Assembly (NCBI GenBank): GCA_028534125.1
Contig: CM052818.1
Coordinates: 32,552,001 to 32,616,000 of the forward strand
Length of the DNA: 64,000 bases
Source: Lama glama
Lineage: Eukaryota
Direction of reading: 5' to 3'
A program made the position numbers and the translations under genes. Shown piece after piece: positions 39,093-51,220 of this stretch (position 1 is the first letter of the stretch; each line of letters opens with the position of its first letter). The notes beneath the pieces are model-generated. The model was not told the origin of the DNA. It saw only the letters and a list, made by a program, of their open reading frames with translations, and did not search any database.

Positions 39093-39494
39093 GTAAGGCC
39101 AGTCCTCGGGCTACAGCCCTGTGGTTATTAGAATAGAGCTGATGAGCCCTTAGGTCATCTGGGTCAGTGGTTTTCAAACTGTGCTCCAAGAAAAGAGCAT
39201 CTGGAAAAGGGGTCTAGGGATGTCTCCCCTCCCCCACCCCCCGGCCTTGAGCAACTGTCTTCCATCTGTTGCACATTTCAGGTGCCCGAGAAAGATATCA
39301 CTGAATGAGGCTCTGCTGTATTAAAAATTAAGTTTAAAACAATCTAGTTAGTCTAACCACACAAGCCCCTTGTTTTATAGGTGGGGAGACTGAGATAAAG
39401 TGACTTGCTTCCCAAGGGTGAGTCACTGTCACCCCAACCAGCAGCCCGATTTCTGCCTTTTCTGGCTTATGGCAACAGACCAGCCTCTTGGTGG

Positions 39495-40000
39495 GAGGTG
39501 CTCAAACTTTTTGGCCCCAGGACTTCCTTAAGTCCTTCAGAATTATTAAGACCCACCCTACCAAGGAGCTTTTGTCTCCGTGCATCTATCACTTTTCACT
39601 ATATTACAATTTAAAATTGAGAGATGTTTAAAATATTTATTAATTTAAAAAAATGATCCTATTCCATGTTAACATAAATAATACATTCTAATGGAAACTT
39701 GGCTGTATTTTCCACAACAAAAATTTAGTGAAAAGAGTGGCACTGTTATATTTTTGCAAATCTCTTTACCGTGTGGCTTCACAGAAAGACAGCTGGACTC
39801 TCAGATCTTTGTCCACAGTTACTCTGTTGTGATATCACACAGTCGTGTAGACTGGAAAACTCTACTTCACATTCATGAAAGAATGAAAAAAAGGCCCATA
39901 GCATCTTAGTATTCTTATGAAAATAGTTCTGACCACATAAATGACCCTCCCCTCGAAAGGGTCTGGGAGGGTACCCCGGGGACACACCTTGAGAACAGCT
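39495..40000 (-). mobile_element. Charlie1-like hAT DNA transposon fragment in the PCARE intron
   Basis: Right end (ctggaaaactc...cttagtattcttatgaaaatagt...ccttgagaacagctg) resembles the reverse complement of the recalled Charlie1 5' terminus. Confidence 0.6.
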
Positions 40001-42579
40001 GGTCCTGGAGGTATTGGATATAAAAGTTTCGCTTCCCCAGACCCCTGAGGACCTCCTCAAGTCTAGTCTCTTCCCCATCTTCCCCTTCAGAGGTGTGGAG
40101 AGTAAGAACAAGACTGTTCATGAGCTCTGAGCACCAGAACCCAGGCAGAAGGGTGGCCAGGCCTGTGAAGTGTGCCTTTCCCGTGAAGGGCAGCTGACTC
40201 GCCTGTCCTTGGCCCAGCCATGCAGGCAGGCCTGGACATGCGGCTGCAATGGGGCGTGACTCAAAGCATGGGCATTGCCTGGGCGTGGAGAGGACTCGTG
40301 TGCTGAAGTGGTTCTTTTACAGAGTATACAGGGAAAGGCATCTTTTCCTGAATTGTGACGTGGGGAAAACAATGTAAATCTGAGGTCCATTAAAGAGGAA
40401 CTCTATCAATGTGACTTGATATCAGATCAGACAAAACTCAACCCACGCCAGGCCCAGCTCTCCTCGCACCGCCCACAGTTGTGTGAATCAGAAGTTAACT
40501 TCTGCCAGAGCGTTACGCATTACAGACCTCACAGTCTGTTGAGGCGTAAATGGTAATTTTTTACCAAGTCCTTGGCAGTCAATTTTAAATAAAGATATTA
40601 TCTCAGGAAAGTTGTGCATTATTACAGTTATATAAACTTCCCCAGCCAACTTGCAAGAAATGAAATATTGATTATTTTTGCAAGAATCTTAATGTAACGT
40701 TGCTCTTTTCTTAAATCTAAAATGAGCTTCCTACAGCACAGTGCCTTTCATCTGAGAATATCTATAAATGTTAATGCATTATTCTTCACACTAGCCACTT
40801 ACTCAGTTATTAGATTTCTAAAACTGTGCCCTTCAGGAGAAGAGCTTGAGAGAACGGGGACAATAAAATGGCATTAATTAAAAACACTAACATTTTAAAA
40901 CAGCAGGAGCAATAATAAAGTAACATAAAATTGTTCAAGGAGAAAATAATGCCATTCTCTCAGGCTTTTCCTCGGCATAGGGAAGCCTAAAAGGTTGTTT
41001 TATGTCCTGAATCTCAATATGCAGAGGGATGGGGTAGGGAAGACTTGTAGCTTGAAAGAGGGGGGGATCATGAACAGGAGCCTTCCCGAGGTCATGTGGA
41101 AGGTCACAGAGTGACTCACACCCGTTCCCCTGTCTCCTGTCGGACCACGCCTCTAAGCTGTTCCAGACTGTGAGACTGTGAGCACGTGATGGCTGTGATA
41201 GGGAAAAGCTCGTTCCCCAGACACAACCCCCAACCCCCGACCCAGTCCTGTTAAGTTGGCGTCTGGGAGCAGAAGATGGAAGAGCACCGGGCATTTGCTG
41301 CTCTGTAGACGACAAGCATTCTTTCTGCCCTCCTGCATGTGGGAAAGAATAACACCAGGGAACTGAGCATGACTCCCCCAAGATCATACCACAAGACAAA
41401 AAACCAGTGCCAGAGAGCCAGAAACTGCACAGAACAGACTGTTTCCTGGAGCAGAGACCTGCAGGGACGGCCACACCCGTCCTATTGTGCAGCTGAGGCC
41501 GGCCTGCAGGATGAGCGGACCTGTGTCTGGTGCTGGTTTCCTTCCAGTCATTGCTGTGCTAGGCACCAACCCCTTACTTAGAAAAAGTGATGATGGTGGT
41601 ATCTTCCCAATCCTGGGGCCCTGGGACTGGGCACAGTCCTTGGAGGCTTCCCCAGGGAGCTCAGTTACTGAGCTTCAGCTGTTACTGACGTGTTGAATCT
41701 CCTGGTGGAGGAACAAGTCTCTACCCAGCTCTCAGGTGCCTGGACTTGCTGCCCTAGATGTGGTGCTTTTAGTCTTTGCCAGGACTGGACCAGCCAGGCA
41801 GGGGCTCCCTAAACCCCCCACCCCGTTTCCTGGATCAGGCCACCTGGGCTGCCTGGGAACAGGTGGAACCACAGCCATATGGCAACTGGAAAATTGACCT
41901 CCTGGCCTGAGCCCCATGCAGACATGGGACGTGGTTGGGGTTGGGAAAGACGGTACCAGGACCAAACCATGTATCAGACGTTGGTGTCGGCTTCCACTGA
42001 TGCTGCATGCCACAGCCTGTCCTCTGGGCACCCCTCCATTCCTGCCAGCGCCTCCAATCTGGAGCAGCAAAGGGTTGTGAAGTATATCCTGCATATGCCT
42101 TCCCCTGCTCAAATGGGGCACAGGGAGAAGAAGGAAATAAGAAAGGAGCTGTGGCCCCCAAATCACAAGGTCCTGCAGGAACTTATGTTGGGGCCAGAGG
42201 CTGATGTGGATGAGATGGCTCTAAGGAACCAGAGCTACCTGAAGATCATGTATGTAGGCCAGTGTTAGTCTTCACCCCCCAATTCTGCCACCTTGATCCT
42301 GTTAGAATCCAAACTCAAACCTGTCCACCACTGGTTGGACATCCCAGTAAAGCCTAAACATACAGAGCTGGGCACACTCATAATACAGTCAAGAAGGTGC
42401 TGTCATGGGCAGAGAGAAGGGCTCCTAGTGCATGTAGAGAGTGGGTGCAGCCCTGGCCCTGGGGTGACTGATGGAGAGGCTCTGAGCCTCGGGTGCCAAC
42501 CTGCCGTAAGACAGGGTCATCCCTCAGGTCCTTGCAGGTGTGACTTCCTATTCATGCTACAAAACAGCACCAGGGACAG

Positions 42580-42795
42580 CTGACCACTTATTGAGCATCT
42601 ATCATGTGCTGGTTAGAGTTTTACATGCTTCATCCAATATTGACACCTTCGAGTGTCCTGTGAGATGAGTACTATTACTATCTCCCTTTTACAAAGAAGG
42701 AAACTGAAAATCAGAGAGATTAATCAATGTGCTACAGGTCACACAGCTGGTAAGTGGAAAGGCCACGACGTGAACCCAGACAACCAGACTCCACC
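42580..42795 (-). mobile_element. MIR SINE relic
   Basis: cacttattgagcatct...tactattactatctcccttttacaaagaaggaaactgaa...ggtcacacagctggtaagtgg. Confidence 0.75.
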
Positions 42796-43480
42796 CTCCA
42801 CGTGGTCGCTGTGAGGCCAGCCTGGCCACCCATAGCCGGTGTGGCTCTCTGAGCTGGTCCCCCTCGGGCTGAGGCTTGCTCCATGCTGTGCCCACCCTCC
42901 ATTCTGCACTCTCAGAGCACACTGGGTGCCCCTCTCTGTTCAGAGCCCCTCTCACCATGGTACTCAGCAGCTGGGAAGCACCTTTCTAGCCAAGTACCAG
43001 GTCTAGGACAAGCCATTATTTTTACTCCATTCAGGAAAAGGGTGGCAGCTGAGAAAGCAGGGGTTTTTTGGCTTTGTTTTTGCTGTTATTGTTGGTGTTG
43101 TTTTTAATTCAACTAGCTAACCCTAGCCTTTTATTAAATAAGAAATGCTTTAAAACCAAAGCCAAAATAAAGCCCAGGCTCCTGAGTTCCTGAGGGGGAT
43201 GCTTTGTTCAGAGCAGCAGGATCTGGGCATCCCAGGAATGAACAGGACTCAACCTGTCAGATTAAATGCCAGAAACTTGGCTCCACAGAGGGCATGCACA
43301 AGGACAGTGCCAGCTGGCAAAGCTGATGTGGAAATGCAGAGGCCAGGCACCAGGGGTCCACTGGGTCTGTGGGTGACACAGATGGGAGAGCCAGAGAGAA
43401 ACCGAATGGAGAAGGGGGCAGGGGGGACAGAAGGAAAAACAGAGGATGGTTTGATTGGCCCCTGTCCTTTCTCTCTGCAG

Positions 43481-43658
43481 CAGCAGTGAGGACAGCCCCA
43501 AGGACGCAGAGCCATGGAAGAGCCCCTGTGCCCCAGAGCTGAAGGGCAGCAGCAGGGGTGCACCGCCCCCCGAGCTCTGCGTGCTGGGCCACGGGCTGCA
43601 GCGGGAGGCCAACGCTGGCCACGCCCAGGACAAGCCCCAGCAGAAGGAAGTGGCCTGA
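43481..43658 (+). CDS. PCARE: PCARE exon 2 coding part (spliced protein 1309 aa)
   Basis: Polypyrimidine tract plus CAG at 43478-43480; the phase-2 join gives ...[62 protein letters not shown]. Confidence 0.95.
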
Positions 43659-46410
43659 CGGGCTGGCCAACTGAGTCACACTGATGCCAGTCACCCCAGA
43701 AGGCAAAGGATGACAGCCAAGCGTCAAGCAGCCCCAGAGAGAGTGAGCCAATCGAACTCCTCCTGAGCTGCCTTGGAAAGCCCTGGAAGGGGCACTGCCC
43801 AGAGAGTCTGCTCAATTCTAAACTCGCTATTTGCCTTGGGGTTCAAAGATTAACTATAACTTTGGACCCCACAATGACTCTAATCCTTCAAGTGCTGGCC
43901 TTAATTTAGAGGGAAAATGTATTTATTGCATGCTTGATGAGCCAGGAATTTTACCTGGGTTAGTTCTGGGAAACCATTTTATTCTCTCAACAGTGAATGA
44001 AGCAGATAGCATTCTCTCAGTTTTGCAGATAAAAAAACCAAAGCAGCCCCCCCCTACTCACCCCCCAAGGTCCTTGCCTGAGGTCACACAGCTAGGAAGA
44101 GAACAGAGCAACATGTGAACAGGTGTACCTGGCACTAAAATCTGTTGTTTTTCATTACTTTTTTTTTTTTGTACATTTCATGGCCCTTGACTATTCCATC
44201 CTTCCAATTGCCGAAAGCATACGTACTTATACAAATCGTTGGAAAGCTTTGTTTTTTTAAGGTTAACTAGTGGCACAGCATTCAAGTGCCCATTATGAGC
44301 TCTGTTTAGAAGCTGATTGCTCCAGAGATTAAGAAGCCGTGCTGGAATTAAGACACACAGCTCCACCTACCCTCCTTCTCCTTCCCAAGCTCGGCTCCAA
44401 AGCCCTAAAAGCAAAGCTTCCAGCCCATCAGTGCAGCCCTGCTGCTTCTCTGGCTAAGCATGTCTCAGAGACGCATCTCAAATGCTCTGCCCTACGCATT
44501 CACATGCCTCTCAGGCTGAGTGGGTTCAACCAAACCTCCCAAACAAGGCAGCCTATTCTCCGCACCCCATGGGGGCTGAAGTGCGCGCACACACACGCAC
44601 CCCAGTCTCCCCCAGGGGCTTCTCAGCCAACTTTATTCCCACGTCATCTGCAGAACTTCTGCTGGAGTTGAAATTGAAGTGAAGAAGAGTCCTTCCTTCA
44701 TGCCAAAAACCTGCTTCTGCCAATGAGCTAGATATTTGCTGCAGATTTTGGAATTTTTCCACTGGAGGCTGTGCAGTGCTTTCTATTTAGAAAAGAATTT
44801 GCAGTAATTGGGTGTTTCAGCGAAGGCTCAGTGGGTTGTCAAAAGACAAGAATTCTCACCCGGGGCACTGCTAAGAGGCAATCCTCCAAATCAGCAGCAA
44901 AGCTGATTTTTTAAGTTTGGAGAAATTATAGACTTCGAGGCCTTTCTTGTTGAAACAGATCACATGTTAAACTGGGCCCTGAGGACTAAGCTACCACCCC
45001 CAGGGACAGACCGAGGCTCCAAGTAAATGAATCCCATCTTGACCTGTCCAGTTGTTTAAATAAGGGTGACAGGACAATCTCTTCCAGGGCACCCAAGGAA
45101 CAGTGGATCAAACTGCCAAGAGGGGCCACGACCCACCCCTCTATTGGGAAATGTCTGGACACACCCAGCTGCAAGCTCATGTTTGCTGGGTAGCTGCACT
45201 AATGCTCAGAGCAGACGCGGGGAGCAGCAGGACGGGTGGGTGGACCCTGGGAACCGCCTGGGCTGCAGGAAATGGGAGGGAGTTTAGCCGCCCAGGCAGG
45301 GCAGGGCCGGGTGAGATCAGTGTGGGGGAACAGCCAGCTGCAGGAAACTTGCTTGAGATGGAGCTGGCCGGGCTCCCTCCACAGTTACGCCAGCAGTGGG
45401 GGTACGAGGCGCGGGCCTGTTCAGGAAGCAAGCAGTGTGTGCTCTGGGGGAAGGGAGAGCAGGGTTTTCTGTTTTGTTTTATCTTTTTTCATTAATTAAG
45501 CCAATGGAACCAACCCATTAAAAACTCATGGGTCTATACTTTTCCTTCACAGTTAGGAACCAAGAAGGAGCATTGGATATAAAGATAAAGGGAGCCCACC
45601 ATAGGAGATTAATTTAAGGGGTGCACATTATACCCGTATTCTTACTGGGGCCGACCCCTTTCCGGGCCGCACAGGCATCCTCCACACCCACGAGAGCCCA
45701 GAGCCTCGGAGACAGAAGAGCTAAGCCAGCTCTTTACTTAGCACGTTAGTAACAGAGCAAATGGCTCTGCCCCAGGGAAAACACAATTTTCTAGTTCCAG
45801 CAAAAGGATTCATGGAGTAAAAAAGCAAATATAATATTCTGGCAGAACTGTGATAGCTTTTTGCAAATATAAAAACAATCTTCAAAATGAAACGCAACTT
45901 CCCTCCGCAGCGTGGGTCTGCGTGGCTGTTTACCGTAAGCAGCAACTATTTTCTGTCCTCACGTCCTATGCTTTACCCAGTTCCGAACCTAAAATTATCC
46001 ATGTTGATAGAAAATGCAGGCAGCCAGACCAAAGAGACTTTTCTTTCATTGTGAAGAGCTTACATTTGATGAGACTTGCCTCATAAACCCTACAACATGA
46101 ATGAAAGGGATTTTGAGAAATATATTCTCTTTTTTCTAAAATAAACCAGTGCTTTGCATGTATCTGGGGAGCTGGTGCCATGAATTATTAAGTGTAGACA
46201 TGTTTGTCAATTGATCATCTGGTTGACTGTGTACAGGCTGCCAACACCCACTCTATCTGCTAAAGCAAAGCTTTTCAAAGGTAATATATTTTTAAGTAGC
46301 CCTACTTCGAAGTCTGTTGAACTGCCATAAAGTCAACGTGTTCTGAGCCTGTATTAACAGGATGTGTTATATTGCACTATGGTTTACTCCCCATAACTAC
46401 CTGAAATTTA

Positions 46411-46416
46411 AATAAA
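46411..46416 (+). terminator. Candidate PCARE polyadenylation signal (alternative AATAAA at 46140-46145)
   Basis: AATAAA at the end of an AT-rich stretch ~2.7 kb after the stop codon; use not demonstrated. Confidence 0.45.
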
Positions 46417-48344
46417 GTTCCATCAATCCATCCATCCATTTTGATGAAATGTAATTAAGGATGCACTGCACATGCAGGGGAGCAAACAGTTCATTCACTC
46501 AGGAGTCTAATTCAGTTTTATGGAGGACCCTGGACCCTGTTGGCTTGATTACACTCATGGACTTCAGAAAGTAACCTCACGGGTAGCCTGTGGGCTTTGC
46601 GTGGATGGAACTGTTAGCCTGGGTTCCGAATGCAGTCATCTCAGACACCCTTGACGTTTGGCACCCAAGTCAACAGTCTGGCTGGAATAATGGCGCTAAA
46701 AGGACTCAGGCAATGCCCCTAGACAAACCTGATGGGTCTGAATTGGAGGGAAAAAGATGAACAGGAGCAAGAGGAGAAAGAAGGAGGGGTGTGGTGAAAG
46801 CGAGCATCACCATGCGAGCCAGAGTTCCTCCCGCTCCTGATGGTTACGCTGACACCTCCATCCCCGCACCCTGTGACCTGGCTTTCACGGGCGTTTCTTC
46901 ATCTATAAAGCAGCGATGACAATGCCAACCTACTTATCCTGCCATCTGCAAGACGTGAGCAAACCTGCCTTTTCTAAACCAACTTTTTGAGGCATTTCGG
47001 GGAGCTGAGTTGGTAATCCCTGCACTACCTTTGCTCGTAGCATTCACCTCTGCCATCGCTGCACTAAGATTCTGATGAAGAACTCAGAACCATTTCCCCT
47101 TCCTTCCAGATCTGTGCTTTGATCTTGAAGAAAGTTAAAAACAGCTGTCATATTTAGCTAGAATTGACTTGCTTCTTTGAAGAATTCCATGTCTTTCAAA
47201 CTGAAAAGACTTTAAAACATTTTGCTAGCAATCACAACTACATATGTCAAACATACCAAAGAGGAAAAAAGCAAATTAAGCTTCTGAATCTCCCATTTAT
47301 TCCCATGTTGAGTCCTAAGTGATTTGTCTGTCAGCTGGTAGGAACGCAGTGCCTTGGGAATAGCAGGTTTTATTGCGAGAAGGCTAGAGTTAATCATAAT
47401 TATACTTTTTCTTTGTGTGTAACACTCTCCTTTTTCAAAGTACAATTATCTATATTGTTTCATTAGATCTTTGGAAAAAACAAACTCCTATGAGATGAAC
47501 AAAGCAAGTGTTTTTTCCAATGTCTTTTACATGTGAGAAAAAAAGGCAGGCTGAGAGATGTCAAATGTTTTGCTCCCAAGACACATTGCCAGCCAGTGGC
47601 AGAACAAGCCCCCAGCCCCTGGCCAGCCTTGGTTCTAACACCTACTGCAGCAGGATTTAGATTATTCCAGGGAGTCAGCCCTAGAAAAAGATCTCACAAC
47701 CTACTTTGGAAGAAATTCTCAGTTTTCCTCAAATTTTGCAAATAGGAAATTATTTTTCATATCCAAAGTCCAGTTATAATTTTAGCCATTCCTCTTAAAA
47801 TAGCTTGGATGGAAGCTCAAAATTTCCAAGAGAATTTAAAAAATAATAATCCCCTCTCTGCACCCTCCCCCCTCCCCCCCCACGTATAAAACTGCCCCTG
47901 GCATTAAGAAAATAATTTGTCCTTCATCACCGTGACCCCCCAAAATGGGCTTCCAGGTGAAACTTCCAGCAGGTACAGACAAATCCTCATTCTGGAAACA
48001 GCTCTTACACTTTACTGCTAGTGTCCCAAGTGGTAAAAAAAAACCAGTGGATGAGACAGAAGGGAAATATAGACCCTGGAAAACAAACTGCCTTCATGAA
48101 AATTATTTATCTAGCTTTTCTTTTCTCCTTTGGAAGGGACAGGATTGGTTGTGTTTACAAAATCTGGTGACTTTTTAAAGCTTGTGTTTAGTTAACAGCT
48201 TCTGACACCAGCCACAGTGTTGCTGGATCTCTTTCTGGACGTAAAAATTCTCAAGGAGAACCCAAGGTGATGCTAATAACAGCTGTCAAACCACAGAGAG
48301 GTAATTATAAAGCTGTGTGTGGTTAAAACAAAACAAAACCGTCA

Positions 48345-48576
48345 AATGTTACAACCTTCTTCACTGAAACAGCAAGTGGCAGGGTACAGAGAAGCCACAG
48401 TGCCCCCGGAATAAGCCCCAGGGATGGGAAGGACCAAACTGGACCACCTGCCCCCACCCCTACCCTTCCATCTCTGCCAAAACACCAGTGATAGTGGCTG
48501 ACTCCCTGGCTATAACGAGCTCTGAATAAATAGTCTTTGCTTTCCACATGTGGTTGGTCTTCATCTATTTCCACAA
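48345..48576 (+). mobile_element. ERV LTR-like fragment
   Basis: Ends ...gctctgaataaatagtctttgc...ggtcttcatctatttccaCA (polyA signal, U5-like segment, terminal CA); left boundary uncertain. Confidence 0.5.
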
Positions 48577-49829
48577 ATCCTATCCCTACCAGAGGCCACA
48601 GTTGGATGGCCAAGGGTCTGCAGCGTGTCCTGATGACCAGAGCAGACCAAGCAGGCCCTCTCTGCCCTGAAGTTTTTAGGGGCAAAACTCTGAGGCCAGA
48701 TTAACTGCAGGAGATCAGGGGATTTTTAACCAGTCCTGTCAGACTGCCCCAAGGGGAGGTAGCGACCTGGGAGCCACAGGGTACCTGGAGCACGTCAGGG
48801 GCTTTGGAGTCAGACAGACCTGAGAGCAGACCCAAGCTCGGCCCTTTCTAACTGTGTCCTAGGGCTCGGCCCTCAAATTGTGGTCCCTGCCAGACCAGCT
48901 CCTCCCTCCATTCCCAGGAGATAGAATATGATCTTTTACCATCATCATTTCTCCCTTCTTCTCCTAATGGCAGAACCATTACAGTGTAAGGAAATTACAG
49001 TGTAAGGAAAATGCTTTCAGCAAAAAAGAGCTCTTTGATCCTCCCAACCCTTCTGCCCTCAGCTGAGAGTCACAGGAGGCGTGGAGGGGAGGGAACAAGC
49101 CTGCAGGGAGAAGAGCTTCAAGATGTCTCCTGGGATGGGGGTGAGGATGCCGAGGGTGGCTGTGAGGGAGAGGTGACAGGTCCCCAGTGGTAAGAACAGC
49201 CCTAACTTACCAGCAGAGAGAGCAGAACATGCTCCGTCCTCTGAAACAAGCCCAGCAAAGGCTAACATGAGTCTCAGGCTCCATAAAGCTCCAAGGCACA
49301 TTCTCTCTTCCAACTCTGAGGGCTGCAGGGCCGGCAAGACCTTGATCCTCGCTGCTCCCAAAGCAATGACCCCAGAAACATAATGGCCAGCATTTATCAA
49401 GTGCTTCCTGGGCTCATGGCCTTGTGCTAAGTACTTACAAGAATTATCTCATTAATCATCACAATAGCTCAGTTAAAGTGGGCATTGTTGTCAATCCCCC
49501 TGCCCCTTGCTATCACATACACAAAACACACACACCCACACCCATACACACACACACCCTGGATTGATAAGGGAAGATCCAAAGCCACACACCAGGAAGC
49601 AACAGTGCCTGGATTTGAGTCCAGCCTCTCTGACTCCAGTCCCTTACCTGTCCTGAACCCAGGACACCCCAGGGCTGCCAGGTAAGGAGAACTGACAGGC
49701 CAGTTGCCCACAGGACCAAAGATCTGCCATGTTCTACACCTTTGATTTTACTGCAGTTTCAGAATTTGGCCACGCATTAGAATTCATTGAAGAGAAAAGT
49801 ATAAAAGAGGAGAAAGAAAAGAAAAAAAA

Positions 49830-50890
49830 TGTAATACTATTCAGACAGGAGAAAGAAGGAAATCTTGCCTTTTGTGACAACTTGAAGCTGAATTCAGAGA
49901 AACAGTAGAGTGGTGCTTACCAGGGGCTGGAGTAGGGGGCGAGCGGTGCCAGTGCCAGTGGTGGAGGAGGGAAATGGGGAGATACCGGGCAAAGCGTACA
50001 AATTTCCAGTTATAAGGTTAATCAGTTCTGGGGCTCTAATGCACAACATGTTGATTCTAGCTAATAATTCTGTATTATGTACATGAATGTTGCCAAGAGA
50101 GTAAATCGTAAATGTTCTCAACACAAATAGTAATTATGTGACTGGCTGCAGGTATTAGCTAATGCTGAGATGCGAATCATTTTGCAATATATAAACGCGT
50201 CAAACAATACAGTATGAAACAGAGGGTGGTCATCCGTTGGAGCCAGTAAACTATAGCTTGTTTAACAGTAAGAAACTGCAACCTACCTTCACTCATCAAG
50301 CTCACTTCAATTGTTTTTACAAAACCTTGCATGTCCTTCAAGCATTAGGTAGCCTAAACAGTGAGATGTTTGCCCAAGTTGTTTTTCAGGAACTTGGAGT
50401 CAGCTGTTACACAGCTCGAGCCAATTAAGACTGGTTGAGACTGCCGACCCTCCAACTGGGCATGCGTGACTGTCTGATCCGTGACCTTTTGACCTCAGAG
50501 AGCCAAAACCCCCACCCTCAGAGATGCTAGGGCCACGTTTTCTGAGCACGCGTCCCATGAAGAAGCTGCAGCTTAGCTGCACCTGCGCAAAACAATGACC
50601 TCACTTTTCTTGTCTTCTACCACCTTCCCCTACGCTCCCCACGCCTTGACATTTATCCCATAAACACCCGAGTCCCTGGCCTTCGGCGAGGCAGATTTGA
50701 GACTTGTTCTCATCTCCTCATTTGGCTGCCTCATGAATAAACCCTTTCTCTGCTACAAATCCCGGTGTCTCAGCGTTTAGCTTACTGCGCGTCAGGCAAA
50801 CGAACCTGTTCGTAAACAATTGAACACCTTAAATGTATGCAATGTTATAGGTCCATCATATCTCAATAAAGCTGGGGAAATAAAAAAGAA
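49830..50890 (+). mobile_element. LINE-1 3' UTR (L1MA-type) interrupted by a solo LTR
   Basis: gtagagtggtgcttaccagggg...gagagtaaatcgtaaatgttctc...; resumes after 50818 with acaccttaaa...atctcaataaagctgg and an A tail. Confidence 0.8.
50215..50818 (+). mobile_element. Solo ERV LTR (~600 bp) nested in the L1 3' UTR
   Basis: TG...CA termini, TATA-like cataaa, AATAAA near 50736, CpG retention; the host L1 continues on both sides. Confidence 0.75.
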
Positions 50891-50896
50891 AAAGAC

Positions 50897-51008
50897 AGCT
50901 GCCTGGGCCCCACCTCATATCAACTGAATCAAAATCCCCAGGGGTGGGGCCCAGGTGTCAGCATTTTTTTTAAATCTCACTGGATGATTCCAAAGCACCA
51001 TGAGAACG
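50897..51008. mobile_element. MER5A-like fragment
   Basis: ctgggccccacc...actgaatcaaaatc...ggggtggggcccagg...gcattttt...gatgattcc. Confidence 0.6.
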
Positions 51009-51149
51009 GAGAAACGTTTCTCTGCTCAGAAGGTAAGAAATGAAGCAGGGCCTGTAAAATTTTTTCCTAAAATCTCAAAAATTCCCAAGCTGAGGAATTC
51101 CTAAGCAGTACATGTTCTGAGACAAGTCTTTGGTCCTTGATTCTCACAC

Positions 51150-51220
51150 TGGAGGGAGAGGGAGAGAGGGAGGGAGGGAGAGAAGGAGAGAGAGAGAGCA
51201 GGGGAGGGTGTAGGAGAGAG
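51150..51220. repeat. Polypurine (GA/GGGA) low-complexity tract
   Basis: ggagggagagggagagagggagggagggagagaaggagagagagagag. Confidence 0.85.

Noticed and set aside
35326..39189. Many antisense and alternative-frame ORFs (up to 211 aa) overlapping PCARE exon 1
   Set aside because: Expected shadow ORFs in GC-rich coding sequence; no recognisable products
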